Positions 37,801 through 51,967 of a stretch of DNA of 64,000 nucleotides are shown piece by piece (the first letter of the stretch is position 1; every line of letters starts with the position of its first letter). The notes beneath the pieces were generated by a model. That model saw only the letters and a list, made by a program, of their open reading frames with translations, did not search any database and was not told the DNA's origin. Made by a program: the position numbers and the translations under genes. Source of the stretch: Piromyces finnis finn (Eukaryota > Fungi > Neocallimastigomycota); the NCBI GenBank assembly GCA_002104945.1, contig MCFH01000092.1:55417-119416 (forward strand), in the 5' to 3' direction.

Positions 37801-39807
37801 ATGAGTCTTCAAGTATCAAATTGTATACATGATAATAATAAACATTCATTGAAATATTTAATACATCGTAAAAGTAAAGCTTCTTTAAAAATGTCAAAAA
37901 TAAATAACAAAAGTAATGTAGAGAGTAAATCGACATACCCTATTATTACTGTTCAAAATTCAAATGATAAAAAAGTAGAAATTTTAAATAAAGCTAATAA
38001 GGAAAATAATAAAATTAATAATAACAATACTCATATAAATACTACAAATGTGGAAAAAGAGGATAAGGATAATCATATATCATTAAAGAAGAAGAAACAC
38101 TCTATATCTTCAAAAATATCCAATTCATTTTTATATTTTAAAAGGAAAGATAGTAATAGAGTAAAAACAACACATACTTTTTTTATGACTCCTCTAACGC
38201 ATAGAAAAAGCAAAAATGATGAAAAAGCAAATCTTCCAAATACAACTACATATAATGGTCATTCAAAGCATAAAGATTTTTTAAGAGTAGATTCTAATAT
38301 AAGTATGAATTCTACACCAGGAGAACAAAATTATTTTTCGGATGCTTCTTCAGCACATTCATTTATATCTTGTTCAACGACAAACTCAATATTTACAGCT
38401 TTTAGTAAAAAAAAAGCAGTAAAAAGATTAAAAAGAAAAGATTTTTCAGAATCTATAAAAGAGCTTGGTAGTGGTGCAACTGGTAAGATTCATTTAGTTT
38501 ATCGAAAAGATAATCCTGATAAATATTATGCTCTTAAAGAATTTATAATACCACAACATAAAGTGTCAAAGGACAGTGAAAGAAAATTCCTTAAGCATTT
38601 GCAAACGGAATATACAATTGGAACTATTTTACATCATAGAAATGTAATTGAAGTTGAAGATTTTATATATAATAATTATTATAAAAGAAATCGTAAAGAG
38701 CGTCATGTGTACCAAGTTATGGAATATTGTAATGGTGGTGATCTTTTTGATGTTATACAAAGTGGAAAAATGACTCAAGGTAGTATTCTTTGTTACTTCC
38801 GCCAATTAATGGAAGGTTTAGCTTATATACATTCTATGGGTGTAGCCCATCGTGATTTAAAGCCAGAAAACATCATGTTTAAAAATAATAAAATATTAAA
38901 GATTTTAGATTTCGGTGCTGCAATTATGTTTAAAACTCCATATTCTAACGAAATTATTCGTTGCTCTGGTATTGTTGGTTCTGAACCATATATTGCTCCA
39001 GAACAATTTAGTTTAAAATCATACGATCCACGTACTGTTGATATATGGAGTTGTGGTATTATTTTTTTGGCTATGTTCTATAATGAATTACCATGGAAAA
39101 GCTCCATTCTTTCAAATTCAAAATATAAACTTTGGGTTGAAAAGGGTAAAAGTGAAATTATTAACGATCTTCCTAATGGACCAAGACAACTTATTAGTCG
39201 AATGCTAGAACCAGATCCAGAAAAAAGAATTACAATGGAAGAAATATTTATGGATAAATGGTTTAGCCACATTTACTGTTGTTTAGACCATGAAAATAGT
39301 GAAAATAGAATACTTGACTATAGTCGCTATAATAATTCACAAATTTCTTATACGCCATCTTTTATTAATACTTGTTTACGTCGTAATCAATCCGATGTGA
39401 CACACTCCTTTTTAGCTACTAATAATACTACACAAACTTTAGCAAGTAAAGGTAGTAGTATTAAATTTTCTGATGAACTAAATTCCTGTGGAAGTGAAGC
39501 TAGTTTTGAAAAAGAACATAAAAAAGAAAGTAGTGAAAGAACAAAAGTTAATGATGAATTATTAGTTTCTTCCAATACAAAAAATAGTAAGAAAGCTATC
39601 TTTACAGTGGATATTGATTCAGACGATAAAGATTCTGATTCGAATGAGACGTCAAATGAAGAAATAAAGGAAAATTGTGAAATAATAATTAAAAAAGATG
39701 AAGAAATTAAAAAGGAAGTTGAAAAGGATGACGAGTTAAAATCTTTTTGGGGACTTGATTTAAAATGTTCACATGAAATCATATCAAATGTATCTTTTTC
39801 TAAATAG
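37801..39807 (+). CDS. Ser/Thr protein kinase, fungal NPR1/HAL5 family (Sat4/Hal4/Hrk1/Ptk2-like), intronless
   Basis: LGSGATG, YALKEF, EYTIGTILHHRNVIE, HRDLKPEN, DFG, GIVGSEPYIAPE and DIWSCG motifs; low-complexity N- and C-terminal extensions. The subfamily cannot be resolved by eye. Confidence 0.88.
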   Translation: MSLQVSNCIHDNNKHSLKYLIHRKSKASLKMSKINNKSNVESKSTYPIITVQNSNDKKVEILNKANKENNKINNNNTHINTTNVEKEDKDNHISLKKKKHSISSKISNSFLYFKRKDSNRVKTTHTFFMTPLTHRKSKNDEKANLPNTTTYNGHSKHKDFLRVDSNISMNSTPGEQNYFSDASSAHSFISCSTTNSIFTAFSKKKAVKRLKRKDFSESIKELGSGATGKIHLVYRKDNPDKYYALKEFIIPQHKVSKDSERKFLKHLQTEYTIGTILHHRNVIEVEDFIYNNYYKRNRKERHVYQVMEYCNGGDLFDVIQSGKMTQGSILCYFRQLMEGLAYIHSMGVAHRDLKPENIMFKNNKILKILDFGAAIMFKTPYSNEIIRCSGIVGSEPYIAPEQFSLKSYDPRTVDIWSCGIIFLAMFYNELPWKSSILSNSKYKLWVEKGKSEIINDLPNGPRQLISRMLEPDPEKRITMEEIFMDKWFSHIYCCLDHENSENRILDYSRYNNSQISYTPSFINTCLRRNQSDVTHSFLATNNTTQTLASKGSSIKFSDELNSCGSEASFEKEHKKESSERTKVNDELLVSSNTKNSKKAIFTVDIDSDDKDSDSNETSNEEIKENCEIIIKKDEEIKKEVEKDDELKSFWGLDLKCSHEIISNVSFSK

Positions 39808-41196
39808 AGAGGAACATTAAAGAACGTACATATTGAAAATGAATACATAATTAATTATTACGAGTTTAAGGGGATTTTTTTTTTATTTATACAATCAAAA
39901 TTTCAGTTTTAATACATACATTTAATTTTTAGATATATCACCATTTAATATTATTTATAATCTATTCATATATGATAAATGCTAATACATTCAAGGAATA
40001 TACATATTTATAAAATCAAGTAGATATTGAAAAATTTTAGAATGTTCCAAAATAAAAAGCAAATATTTTAAAAATTATAATAAATGAAGAGCAAATAATA
40101 TAAAAAAAAAAAAAAAAATAAATAAATATATATAAATATAAAAATATGGTTATGAAAAAAAAAAATATTTTATATATTATTAACAATATTTATATAATAA
40201 TCTATACAAATTTTAATATATAATTATAAAACATAACTATTTGGATATTGAATATAAAAATATAGAGTTTTTTCATGTAATAATTCTTTATATTTTTTAT
40301 TTTTTTTTATTTAATAAATAAGATGTATTAATAATATATATATTTTTTTTTTAAAAAATAAAAAAAAAAAATAAAACATTTAATATACTAATCTTTTAAA
40401 TTAATAAAATGAAATAATTTATGTAGAAAAATAGAAATAAAAACATTATTATTAATATTATAACTTTATTGTTAATAGATAATAAAAATGAGTAATATTC
40501 ATTATATTCATTATCCATTAAATTATCAATAGATTATATACTTTTTTTTTTTTTTTTATAAGTTTAAATCAACTATTAAAATCATTAATACAATATAAAA
40601 TGATAAAATGATAAAATATGCTAAAGAATTTGTATTATAACAGATTCATATAATTTTGCATATTAATAGAACTTAGTAGATAAAGTGAATGAAGGCTATT
40701 ATACATTAAAATATTGATGACTAAAAATTTAATATTTTTAAAAAATCATTTTTTTTTTCTTTTTATTGTTATTAAAGTATTTAATACATTTTCATTTATT
40801 TTATTTTTTTTTTATTATTTTAAAAAAAGTATTGTATACTGATAAAAGATACTATATCAGTAGAAACAATTTTTTTAATTAGAATATGAAGTGCATTAGT
40901 ATCACTTTTTAATATATAATACTTTTAATAAAATAATATATATTTCATAATTTTTAAGTGCATGCAATAGTAAAATTATTTTATTGATTATTTTCGTTTA
41001 TTAATTTTTTTTTTTTTTTTTTTCATTTAATATATTACAAATTAATATTAATTTATCACCTTATTAAGGTAAATTATATATATACATTTATACATTTTTT
41101 TTTTGAAGTTATATTTATTCATTAGTATATTAAATATAGCTAATTTACAAAAACTTTTCATTTCAAATAAATTAATAGAAAACAATAAATAATAAA

Positions 41197-42168
41197 ATGA
41201 GTGGCTTCTTCAGATGGTATCATCGTTGTTTAAATACAAAACCACTTCTTACTCAATCACTCACCACTGGTAAATTTTAAATTTTGGGTTATATTTAAAT
41301 ATTTAAATATAGTGGTTGAATAAAATAAAAAATGGCAACACATTCTATTGAATATTTTTATATTTGAAGATAAATCATATATATTGATATACTTATTATT
41401 AATATATATATTTTTTAAAAAAATAAATAAATGAATTTCATTTTATTTTCAAAATCATATTTATAATTGTTGTAAATATTTTTAAATAATAAATGAATTT
41501 CATTTTATTTTCAAAATCATTATTAATAATTAAGGTGTAATGTTTGCAGTTGGTGATGTTATTGCTCAACAACTTGTTGAAAAAAGAGGAAAAGAACATG
41601 ACTACAAAAGAACAGGAAGAATGAGTTTATTTGGTGCTTGTGTTGCTGGTCCTTCAACATCTCTTTGGTATCGCTTTTTAGATAAATATATTGTTTTACC
41701 AAACAAAACTCATCGTAAGTTACTTTTAATATGAAGTTTTTTTTTTTTATATAATAATTATATATTATTCATTTTTTAAAGTAAAAAAAAAAAAAAAAAA
41801 AATACATTTCATGATAAAATTTAGAAATTTAAATTATTATTTATTATATATATTAAATAATTGTATCATCCATTTTTTATAATATAATATAATCAATAAT
41901 ATAATATGTAATATATTTATTTTATAATAATATTATTATAATTAATAATATTACTGTCTTTATAATTATGCTATTGGATTGCTATTTTGAAATTGCTTAT
42001 TTTGTCATTTTATTAGAACTTTTTGCAAGAGTTTTCTTAGACCAATGTGTTTATTCTCCACTTTCTCAAATTGTTTATCTTGGTGGTACTGGTGTTTTTG
42101 AAGGTAGTTCTCCAAAAGAAATAAAAGAAAAAATTAAAGTCGTAAGTAATTTATTTATTTCATTTCAT

Positions 42169-42235
<67 letters not shown>

Positions 42236-42677
42236 TTTTTTTTGCTTGTTTGTTTCAATATAAAGAGTTCAAGTTTGCATAACTTTCATTTTTCTAAACC
42301 AAAATAATAATAATAAATTTATGAGTTATATATTATTATTTATTCTTTATGATTTGAATTAAAAAAATTTTTTTTATTAAATATATATCTAATTATTCAT
42401 TTATCATAATATTCAATTTTTCATTTTTCTCATAAAGGGTTTTGGACCAGCTATTATGGCTAATTACAAGGTTTGGCCAGCATTCCAATTTATTAACTTT
42501 AATTTTGTTCCAGCAAATTACCGTTCATTAGGTACTAATGTAGTCGCTCTTGGTTGGAATACTTATTTATCTGTTTTAAATCAAAAGATTATCGATAGAA
42601 ATAAGACAGCTTCCTTATTACTCGCTGCAGATCCAAACAAGAAAGATTTAAAGAAAAAGAATGATAAGAAAAACTAA
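41197..42677 (+). CDS. MPV17: Mpv17/PMP22 family membrane protein (SYM1-like), 4 exons
   Basis: Exons 41197-41269, 41535-41714, 42017-42141 and 42438-42677 splice in frame with GT-AG. Motifs: WY...KPLLTQSLTTG, GDVIAQ, RTGRM, WYRFLD, FLDQ, NYKVWPAFQFINFNFVP. Confidence 0.9.
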
Positions 42678-43027
42678 AACTAAAAAAAAAAAATCAAATA
42701 AGAATTGATGATTTTTTTTTATAAATTCTATTATGATAAAAATATATTTATATTATATATGCTTATATAATGGAAATTCAAACATTTATTATTTATTTTT
42801 TTTAAGTAAAAAAGAGTAATAATAATAATGGTACAATTATATAAATATATTAATAATTGTAAATACTTTTCATATTTGTCTTCCTTAATATCAGAAACCT
42901 ATCTTTTTATTTAATCATATAATATAATATGAAAAAAAAAATAACTATTAAGCTAATTAAAACCCCCATTTCAACCAATTTTTTATAAATCAAGTATTTA
43001 TTATTTATTGTTGGTTTATAAAGGATA

Positions 43028-43107
<80 letters not shown>
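43028..43107. repeat. (AAT)n microsatellite, ~26 units
   Basis: Perfect trinucleotide run between MPV17 and RPS17. Confidence 0.95.
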
Positions 43108-43111
<4 letters not shown>

Positions 43112-44108
43112 GTCTATTAATCTCCCTTAAGTATTAAAATATATTAAATAAAAATGTTAAAATTAAAAAACAAATAATACAATGAAATTAAAGATTATTA
43201 TTTAAAATTAAAAAAAAAAAGAGATGAAAAACTTTTTAAAAAATTGAAATATAAATATAAATGAAAAAAAGGTAATAATAAAACATCAATAATTAAAATT
43301 ATAAACAAAATATGCATAATTATTAATTATTCAAAATATCTATTTTATTTAAAATTATTTTAAAAAAAAAAGAAAAAAAAATTGTGGATGTTTTCTTAAT
43401 TTTAAGAAAATATGGAAAAAGTGTTTAATAATTTAACAAAATAAATAATTAATTAAAAATTCTTAACAAATAAAATTAATTTTTAAATTTTTATGGAGTA
43501 TAATTTTAATATTAATATTTAATAATCTTTTTCTTCTTTAAATAGTTTTTATAATTATTTTAATTATTTCTTTTTTAAAAAAATAAAAAATAAAAAAAAA
43601 AGAAAAATTAAAAAAGGGTTAAGCATAGTCCTATATAATAAATCTTTGTTATTATTATATACACAATATATTAACAATATAATGATAATATGTGTCAATT
43701 TATTTTTTATTCAATCATATTTAAAAATTTTTAAAAATTTCGATTATGACCAATCATATCCATAGGTATTTAATAGCCATTATAGAAAAGTAATAGTAAG
43801 ATACCAAAGATTTTCAGATCTCTCTCTATTCAACTTTAAGGAAATATAGTCCAAAGTTAATAAAATAAAATGGTAAATTTTTAATGATGAATGAATAAAT
43901 GAATAAAAAAATGGTTTAAATATTTTATAATATAATGAATTTTGTTGTTATGTGTTATGGTAATAGTTATATGTGTTGTATTGAAATGTTTCTTTATGAG
44001 TGATATTGAGAAATTTAATATGAAATGAAACTTTGTTGATATACATTCATAAAGGAATAATGTAGTATATCTAATGGAAATATAAAATTAAATGCTAAAA
44101 TTATAAAA

Positions 44109-44795
44109 ATGGTACTAATTATATATATTATATATAATGTTATTCTATAATAAATAATAATAATAACAAATCAACAATAAATAATTAACATCTAAAAGGG
44201 TCGTGTCAGGTAAAGCTCATAATTCATTATATATTTATATTATGCGTTATAAATAAAATAAACTATTGACAATATATTTTTTGATAATAAATAATAGAAC
44301 TAAAACCGTTAAGAAGGCTTCCCGTGTCCTCATCGAAAAGTACTACCCACGTCTTACTCTCGATTTCCAAACCAACAAGAAGATCTGTGATGAAGTCGCT
44401 GTTATCCCATCCAAGCGTCTCAGAAACAAGATCGCTGGTTTCACTACTCACTTAATGGGTCGTATCCAACGTGGTCCAGTCAGAGGTATTTCCTTCAAGC
44501 TTCAAGAAGAAGAAAGAGAACGTAAGGATCAATACGTTCCAGATGTTTCTGCTCTTGAAAAGCAAGTTGAAATTGACGAAGATGTTGAAGTAAGTTTATT
44601 TTATATAAGTATAATTTTTATATTGAAATAAACAAAATAGTGAAATTAATATAAATTTAAAATATAAATAATTAATGAAAACAGGCTCTTCTCAAGGCTA
44701 TGGGAATGGAAAACATTCCAAATGTTGTTGTTGGTCAAAAGTACGCTCCAACTCAATCCGAACGTGTTGGTGCCAACTACAAAAAGAGAAACTAA
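44109..44795 (+). CDS. RPS17: 40S ribosomal protein S17 (eS17), 4 coding exons
   Basis: Exons 44109-44111 (ATG only), 44199-44209 (11 nt), 44298-44589 and 44685-44795 give [21 protein letters not shown]...[16 protein letters not shown]...[20 protein letters not shown]. Confidence 0.97.
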
Positions 44796-45500
44796 ATTAA
44801 TCCATATTTATAATTCAAAATTGTAAATATTGGTGAAATTAATTTGCCATCTGAAAATATAATAAATAAAAAAAATTTAAAAAAAAACGACGAAAGCATA
44901 ATTTTTTGTTAAATTACGTTAATCAATTTTTATTTTGTGATATATAAGGATATTTATTTTTGAACAAAAGGTCAATAAATTAATAAAACATGTAAATAGA
45001 AAAATTAAAATGGAATTTTTAAATTATACAGGAAAGTTTATAATTAAACAAATGAAATACGAAATTTAATGAAATTCATGATATTATAATAATATGCGGG
45101 AGAAGTGTTGGAAACTGTCAAATTTAGATTTGGAAAGTGTAAATGTTAATGTTTAAATTATATTAAATGTTATATAAAAATATATTTATTTATTTTTTTT
45201 ATAAATTGATAAGTTACATTCAAGAATTAAAAAGTGTAATAGTAGGAAATTCGATGATAAGTAATGAAATTGTTTTTTTATTAATATTGCTTGTGATTTA
45301 GAGTTCATTATAGTTAAAACAATTAAAATAAAAAATTGTAATATTTCATTAATAATAGAAAAATTTCAGTTTTATAATTAAAGAAATAGTATTTTTTTTT
45401 TTTTTTTTTTAAAAAGAAATTGTTCCAAAATTGGGTTGTTATTATCTTTCTTTTTCTTTTTTCTTTTTTTTTTTTAAAATAGAAAGAATTTAGGAAAAAT

Positions 45501-48500
45501 TTAAATTTCAATAGGTTTGTCAACATATTTACGATAATGTCTAAGATGTACTGATTTTTCATATGGTTTGAAAGGCGAGAATATACCATATGGTTTTGGA
45601 ATAGGTAATTCTCCTGAAATAGTATTTCCATTATTATGCGGTATGTAGGCGTTTGGTCTTGGGATTGATGTTGTCCTAGTATTATTAATGATATAGAACT
45701 TATCATCTTTATCAGGACAAATACTTTATAAATAAATAATAAAAAGAATATTTTAGTTTTTTTTTTAATTTGTGATTCTAAATAAGAAAATCATAATATA
45801 TTAAATATTTATATTTATTTACCCGTTATTGTAAAGCTTTTGTTTCATCATATGAATAAATTCTTTCTCACGTTGTAATTTTCTTTCATATTTTCTTACA
45901 TCATCTTCAACGCTTTCTATTGGCGGTAAATTATTTCTTATGTTTTTCTCAGCTTGTTCTAATATAGCAGTCTTATTATTTTTGTTTGTATATATATGTA
46001 ATTAATAATTAAATATTGTATTTAAGGTTAATATTATTTATTATTATATTATTTTATTTTTTTTTATCGTGATTTTACTTTTTCACATTTTTCTTGATAG
46101 AGGGCTAATGTATCAGATTGATACATTGATAATTCAGATATTTTAGCCATCATTTCTCTTGAAACATTTTTAATTTTCATTGTTAAATCATTTAACTGTT
46201 ATTTAATAAATATAATATAATAAAGTTGAATAATAATAATAAGTATATAAATAACAAATTCTATTAATAAAAAAAAAAAAAAAAAAAAAAAATAGTACAT
46301 TTATGATATTCTTACCTGATTTGCAAAATAGTTGCTTGAATTACGATCAGTGGAAACTTGTTTCTTTAAACGTTCAGTTAATACATTGATTTCATCGTAA
46401 ATTAATTGTTTTTCCAATAAATGTTCCTTTTTTAATTAAAAAATAATCAATATTTTCAGTTTATTTTCTTATTTTATTTTCTTAATATTGAAATATGAAT
46501 ATTATAAGAATATTTATTATTCTCATTTATTTATTTACCTCTTTATCTACTAATTGTTCTTCTAATCTAGTAATTTTCTTTAAAAGTTTAGCTTCTTCAG
46601 GATCAGTTCCTTTTATTTTGTTACATCTCTTTCCATATGGGTCTTCAACTTTTGCTGATAATTCTTTTACTCTTTCTAAGGTTTTATTTAATTCTATTTG
46701 AAGATCTACTATTTTTTTATCATATGTATTTAAAAGTGGTTCTCTGCTTTTCAATATCTCAATTGTATTATTCAAATCAGATTTAACTAATTTTAATTTT
46801 CTTATTTCTTCTTCTCTGTTGCTTAATGCTAATTCGCCCTTTTTTATAATATCTTCTTGTATATTAATTTTTTCATATAAAATGCAAAGTTCATCATTTT
46901 GCTCTAATATTTTTATACCCATAGAATTTCTATCAACAACTGCTGTTTCATATTTACTTCTCATATTTACTAATTCAGCTTCGGTATTTCCTATAATTGA
47001 ATTTAAATTTTCTATTCTTGATATATTTTGATCAATTTCATCTTTATTTTTATTTATTATTATATAAGTACATATAAAAAGAAAAAAAAAAGGAAAAATA
47101 TTAGAATAAAATATTTATTTTTTTTTTCTTTTTCTTTTTTTTTAATTTCTTAAATATATATCAATTTATAATTTTTTTATATTTACCTCTTTTTTCTCTG
47201 TAGGATGCCAAAAGTTTATTTGCTTCATTCTTATAACTATCCCTGAGTGAATAAGATGATGCATTTGTTTGTTTTTGTTTCTTTTATAAAACCAATTTTT
47301 TTTTTTAATTCAGTAAATATATTAAGAAGAAAGAAATAATTATTAAATTAATATATAAATAAATATAATTATATTTGTATTTTATTATTATTATCATCTT
47401 ACAGTTAACTCTCTATCCTTTATAATAATCTCTTGCCTTAAAATTTCAATTTCATTAACCAGTACTTTCACTTTTTCTTTCATTTCAGCTATTCTTTGTA
47501 ATGTAGATTGAATCATATTTACCTTTATTGATTATATATATATATATATTAGTATATTAACTCATTTTATTATTTAATTATATATATTGTAATTTAAGGG
47601 TATATTAAACTTACATATTTATTTCTTTCATTTTTTACCACATTATATAATTCTGAAAATTCTTTTAATCGAAGATTTGATTCTGTGTATCTTTTTGATG
47701 TATCTCGTATAATTATATCTTTATCTTGACAATATTCTTTATAATTTTTAAATTTATTTTGAATTTTAATTAATTCCCTAAACTATTTTAAAATATAGTA
47801 TTTGTAATATATATTATTATTATTAGGAAAAAAAATAATACATGTAATTTTATGATATATATCATTTTTTTTTTTTTAAATTGAATTTAACATATTATTT
47901 TTACTTTTAATTCTTTCACTGTATTTAATTTTTCCCTTTGTTTTTCTAATGCTTCAATATTTTTTGTTGTTTCTTCCAATTCCAATTCCAGTTTCTTTTT
48001 ATTTTCCATATTTCTAGACATTTTCTCTTTTTCCTCGTTTTCTATTTTTTCTTGTTTTAAGTAGTTATATATACTCAAATCAATTTTTTCATGATATTTT
48101 TGAATCTCATTAGAATAGTATTTGGAGTCTTGTTGTAATAATTTATAGGAATGATCTGCTTCTAATAATTGTTCTTTCAAAGTTATATGTGTCATTCTTA
48201 TATTATTAACTGATGATTCTAGTCGATGATAAGTTTTTAATGCTGTTTCTTTATCCGATATTTCTCTTAAATATAAATCATGTTCAGCTTTAATCTTAAT
48301 ATATATATATATTGTTTTTATTTTTATGAATATTATTATCATTTTATCGTTATAAACATCATTATTATCATTATTATTAACATTATTATTACCTCTTTTA
48401 CTACATTTCTTATAGCTAAATCTAATTTAACTCTTTCTGTTTTTTGTGAATGAAGTTTATCTTTTTCTAATTCTTTCTTTTTATATAATTCATTACATTG

Positions 48501-50317
48501 TTGCTCTAATGCAAATATTTCACTATTACATGCTTCAATTTTTTTGATTAGATCCTCTTTCACATTTTTTAATTCTGTTTTCTTTTGATCTAATTGTTCT
48601 ATATCTTTATCCAATTGAGAACTAGCCAAGACTTGTTTTGAATTTTCATCATTTAAACTATTTATAGCATCTTTTAAAATTACATATTGTTTTCTAATAG
48701 AGGATAAAACCAAATGAATGAATTAATATAAAAATAAAATATAAGTAATAAATTAATAATATATTCAAAAATAATTGTTTACTTTATTTTCCGGGGTATA
48801 GCTTCTGCTTTTGAATAATTTAATTTTTGATTTTCTCTTTCCATTTCGATATTATCTAATTCTTTTCTTAATGCTGATAGCGTTTTTTCTTTTTCATCTA
48901 AATCTTTTCTTAAATTTTCACATTGATGCTTTTTTTGTACATAGTCTAACTATAAATTGTTCAATAATAAAAAAAAGAAAATAATCAAATATAATAGAAA
49001 AGAATTAGTTCATTTCTATTAATTTTATATATATGGATATTTGAATAAATATGTAGTTATAGATATTAAATTTATTTATTTCGTCTATTACTTTTAATTC
49101 TTTAATTGATGCTATCAATTCTGGCTCTAGCATATCACTTCGGTGTTGTTGTATTTCTTCTATAGTTTTTTTTAAATTATCTCTATTTTCTTTACTTTCT
49201 TGAATTTCATTTAATAATTTTTCTTCTCTTTCTTTTCCTAATCTAACTTCATTTTGACACTATAATAATAGTATATATTAATTATAAAAGTATTTTTGAG
49301 TTTATAACAGAAAAATATATTGATATTACTTTAATTAATTCACGTTTTAATTCTCCAATTTCTGAATTATCAGTAAATTTTTTACTTCTATGTCTATCAA
49401 TTTCTATAGTTTGTGTATTAAATTCTGATTCTACATTATGAATTTTCTTTGATAAGTATTGATTAAATTTATATAAACTTTGATAGTAACTATGAAGTGT
49501 TTTGTATTTTTCTTTTAAAATTTTTGTTCTACAAAATTTATAATTATAATATTTTTATTTTTAAAAATAATTTTAGTTGATGATTAAATTCATTTATATT
49601 CATTATTATACAAATTATAAAAAATATATAAAATTACTTTTCATTATCTATTCCTTTATTCTTATTTAAATCATCAAGATACTGAAAAGCAGGTGAAGTT
49701 TCAATATTGTAGATAATTGATATACCAAAACTGTCATCTAGTTCATCTTCATCTTCATCATCATCTTCTATATTTTCGGTGCTTTTAATTAACTCCGATT
49801 CATTATTCATTTCATTATTTGTATCAACTTTATTATTATCTTCCTGTGATCCATTTTTATCACTATTTTTATCAATATCATCGTCAATATCTATATTATC
49901 TACATTATTATCATCAATATTTAAATTTAGTTCTTCTGGTTCAGATTCCTGATCTGATTCATGTGGCATAAATAATTTATCATCGTCATCATCATTATCA
50001 TTACTAATTGGATGTTCTTTATCATCAATATTATTATAATCATTTAGTTGTTCTTTCTCTTTATTATCCATATTATTATTATTATTATTATTATTATCAT
50101 CATCATCATTTTTTTCATTTTTATTTGAAGCTTCTTCAGAATCTTTTACTTTTTTATACAATCGAATCAAATTATAATATAAATGTTGCAATATTAATAA
50201 ATATATGTTGTTATTACTATTATATTATACATATTCCTTTTTATTTTTACCTTTATCGTATTCAATATGTTCTTTACTTTCATCATCTATAATTTCATTT
50301 TCATTATTACTCTCCAT
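45501..50317 (-). CDS. CCDC146: Coiled-coil flagellar protein CCDC146 (MBO2-like), 15 exons
   Basis: N-terminal ETSPAFQYLDDL...LKEKYKTLH, central YETAVVDRNSMGIKILEQNDELCILYEKINIQE and C-terminal PRPNAYIP...LPIPKPYG..SPFKP...HLRHYRK...KPIEI* match the family as I recall it. All 14 introns were traced as GT-AG and in frame. Confidence 0.88.
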
Positions 50318-51520
50318 ATTACTACTTTTATCTTTAATATTTTATTGTAAATTAATTATTTTAATTATTAATATTATTATTAAGGATATTTTTATTTTTA
50401 ATTAGATTTCTCAATAAATTTATATAAAGTACCACTTTGTCCATTTTCCATTATTAGTTACAATTTTTTTTTTCTTTTTTTTTCTTTCTAAAAAAGAATT
50501 TAAATAGTAAAATATTGATTTATATATAATATAGTTATCAAAAGGAAATAGATTAAATAAAAATAAAATCACTTTAAGCAATATCTTTCTTCTTATTGTT
50601 ATGTTATAGTCCAAATAGTTTAATAAATTTATATCAACTCTTTTTATATGTTATGTTTTATCTTAAAAGTGTAATATTTCGATGATATAGATATATTTTG
50701 CTTATAATATGAATTTTAATTAAAAAAACTTTTATAAATCCTTTAAACTCTTAATTTTTTAATTCCTTTATTTTAACTTTTATTGTATTTCTAAAAGTAG
50801 TATGCAATGGTATTATACTTTTCAATATAATTATATATTTCATGAATTTTTTATATATTTGTCAATACTATATATATATATATATATGTTTATTTCATTA
50901 ATATAAAAATGGGAAATAATATGAATTTTAAAATTTTAAAAAAGAAAAAAATTTAATGTGAATGAATTAAAAGAAAAAAAAAAAGAACGAAACAGTTCGT
51001 GAAATTATTATAATTATTATATATATTAATTATTAATTTTAATACTATTAAAACTTCCATAATTATATATGTAAATATTATTATTGAAAGTATTTATATG
51101 TTTAATAATTTTATTAAATACTAAATATTGAACAACTATAAAAAAACAAAACATAAAATTTAAAGTTAATTTTTAATCATATAAAATCCATAAAATTTAA
51201 TGGTATATAAAAATTAAAGGAAATAAATGTATACTTATTTTTTTTTATTCAATAACTATTATAATTTTTTTATTCTTTGTATTCTTTGATATATAATATT
51301 TTATGTTGTTTCAATAAATATCAAAATAAATATTTGTATATAGGTGTAAATTTATCAATATTCATATACTTATTTTAACTTAAAATATTATATATTAAAG
51401 TTTGTTACACTTTTTGAACTATAATAATTTAAAACTACTGAAAATTATATGATATTACATTTGTATATACAATTTTTTTTATAAATTCTTTATTCTTTAC
51501 TTATACATTAAAAAATTAAT

Positions 51521-51552
<32 letters not shown>

Positions 51553-51967
51553 CGAGAATTTAACGACATTATTTTTATTTTAATGTTATCAAAAGATAAT
51601 TAATATCTATTAATTAATAGATTATTACCTTTATTAATTATAATTATATTTTTATAATCTATTTTATTTACTTTTTCATAAAATTATTGTTAGTAGTATT
51701 ATTTTATAAGTATCTTTTTTTATTTTTTTGTAATATCCAGGTATATTTTTTTAAAATAATAAGTTAAGTGAAAAATTAAATAGAAAAAAAAAAGCGTAAT
51801 GTAATTTAATTTTTAACTTTTTTTTGTTATTATGTATTGGTTATATTAAATATTTTTAATGACGATATAGTAAATTTTTGATTTATTTCTTTTATTCTAT
51901 TTAAGCTTGTTTCTATCAGTTGATATTATTATAATAAAGATATTTATATAACATCTTATAACAATGT

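Noticed and set aside
47761-47905. Apparent frame break in CCDC146 suggesting another microexon
   Set aside because: Resolved by the upstream acceptor (aaaatag|TTT AGG GAA), which keeps phase 0.
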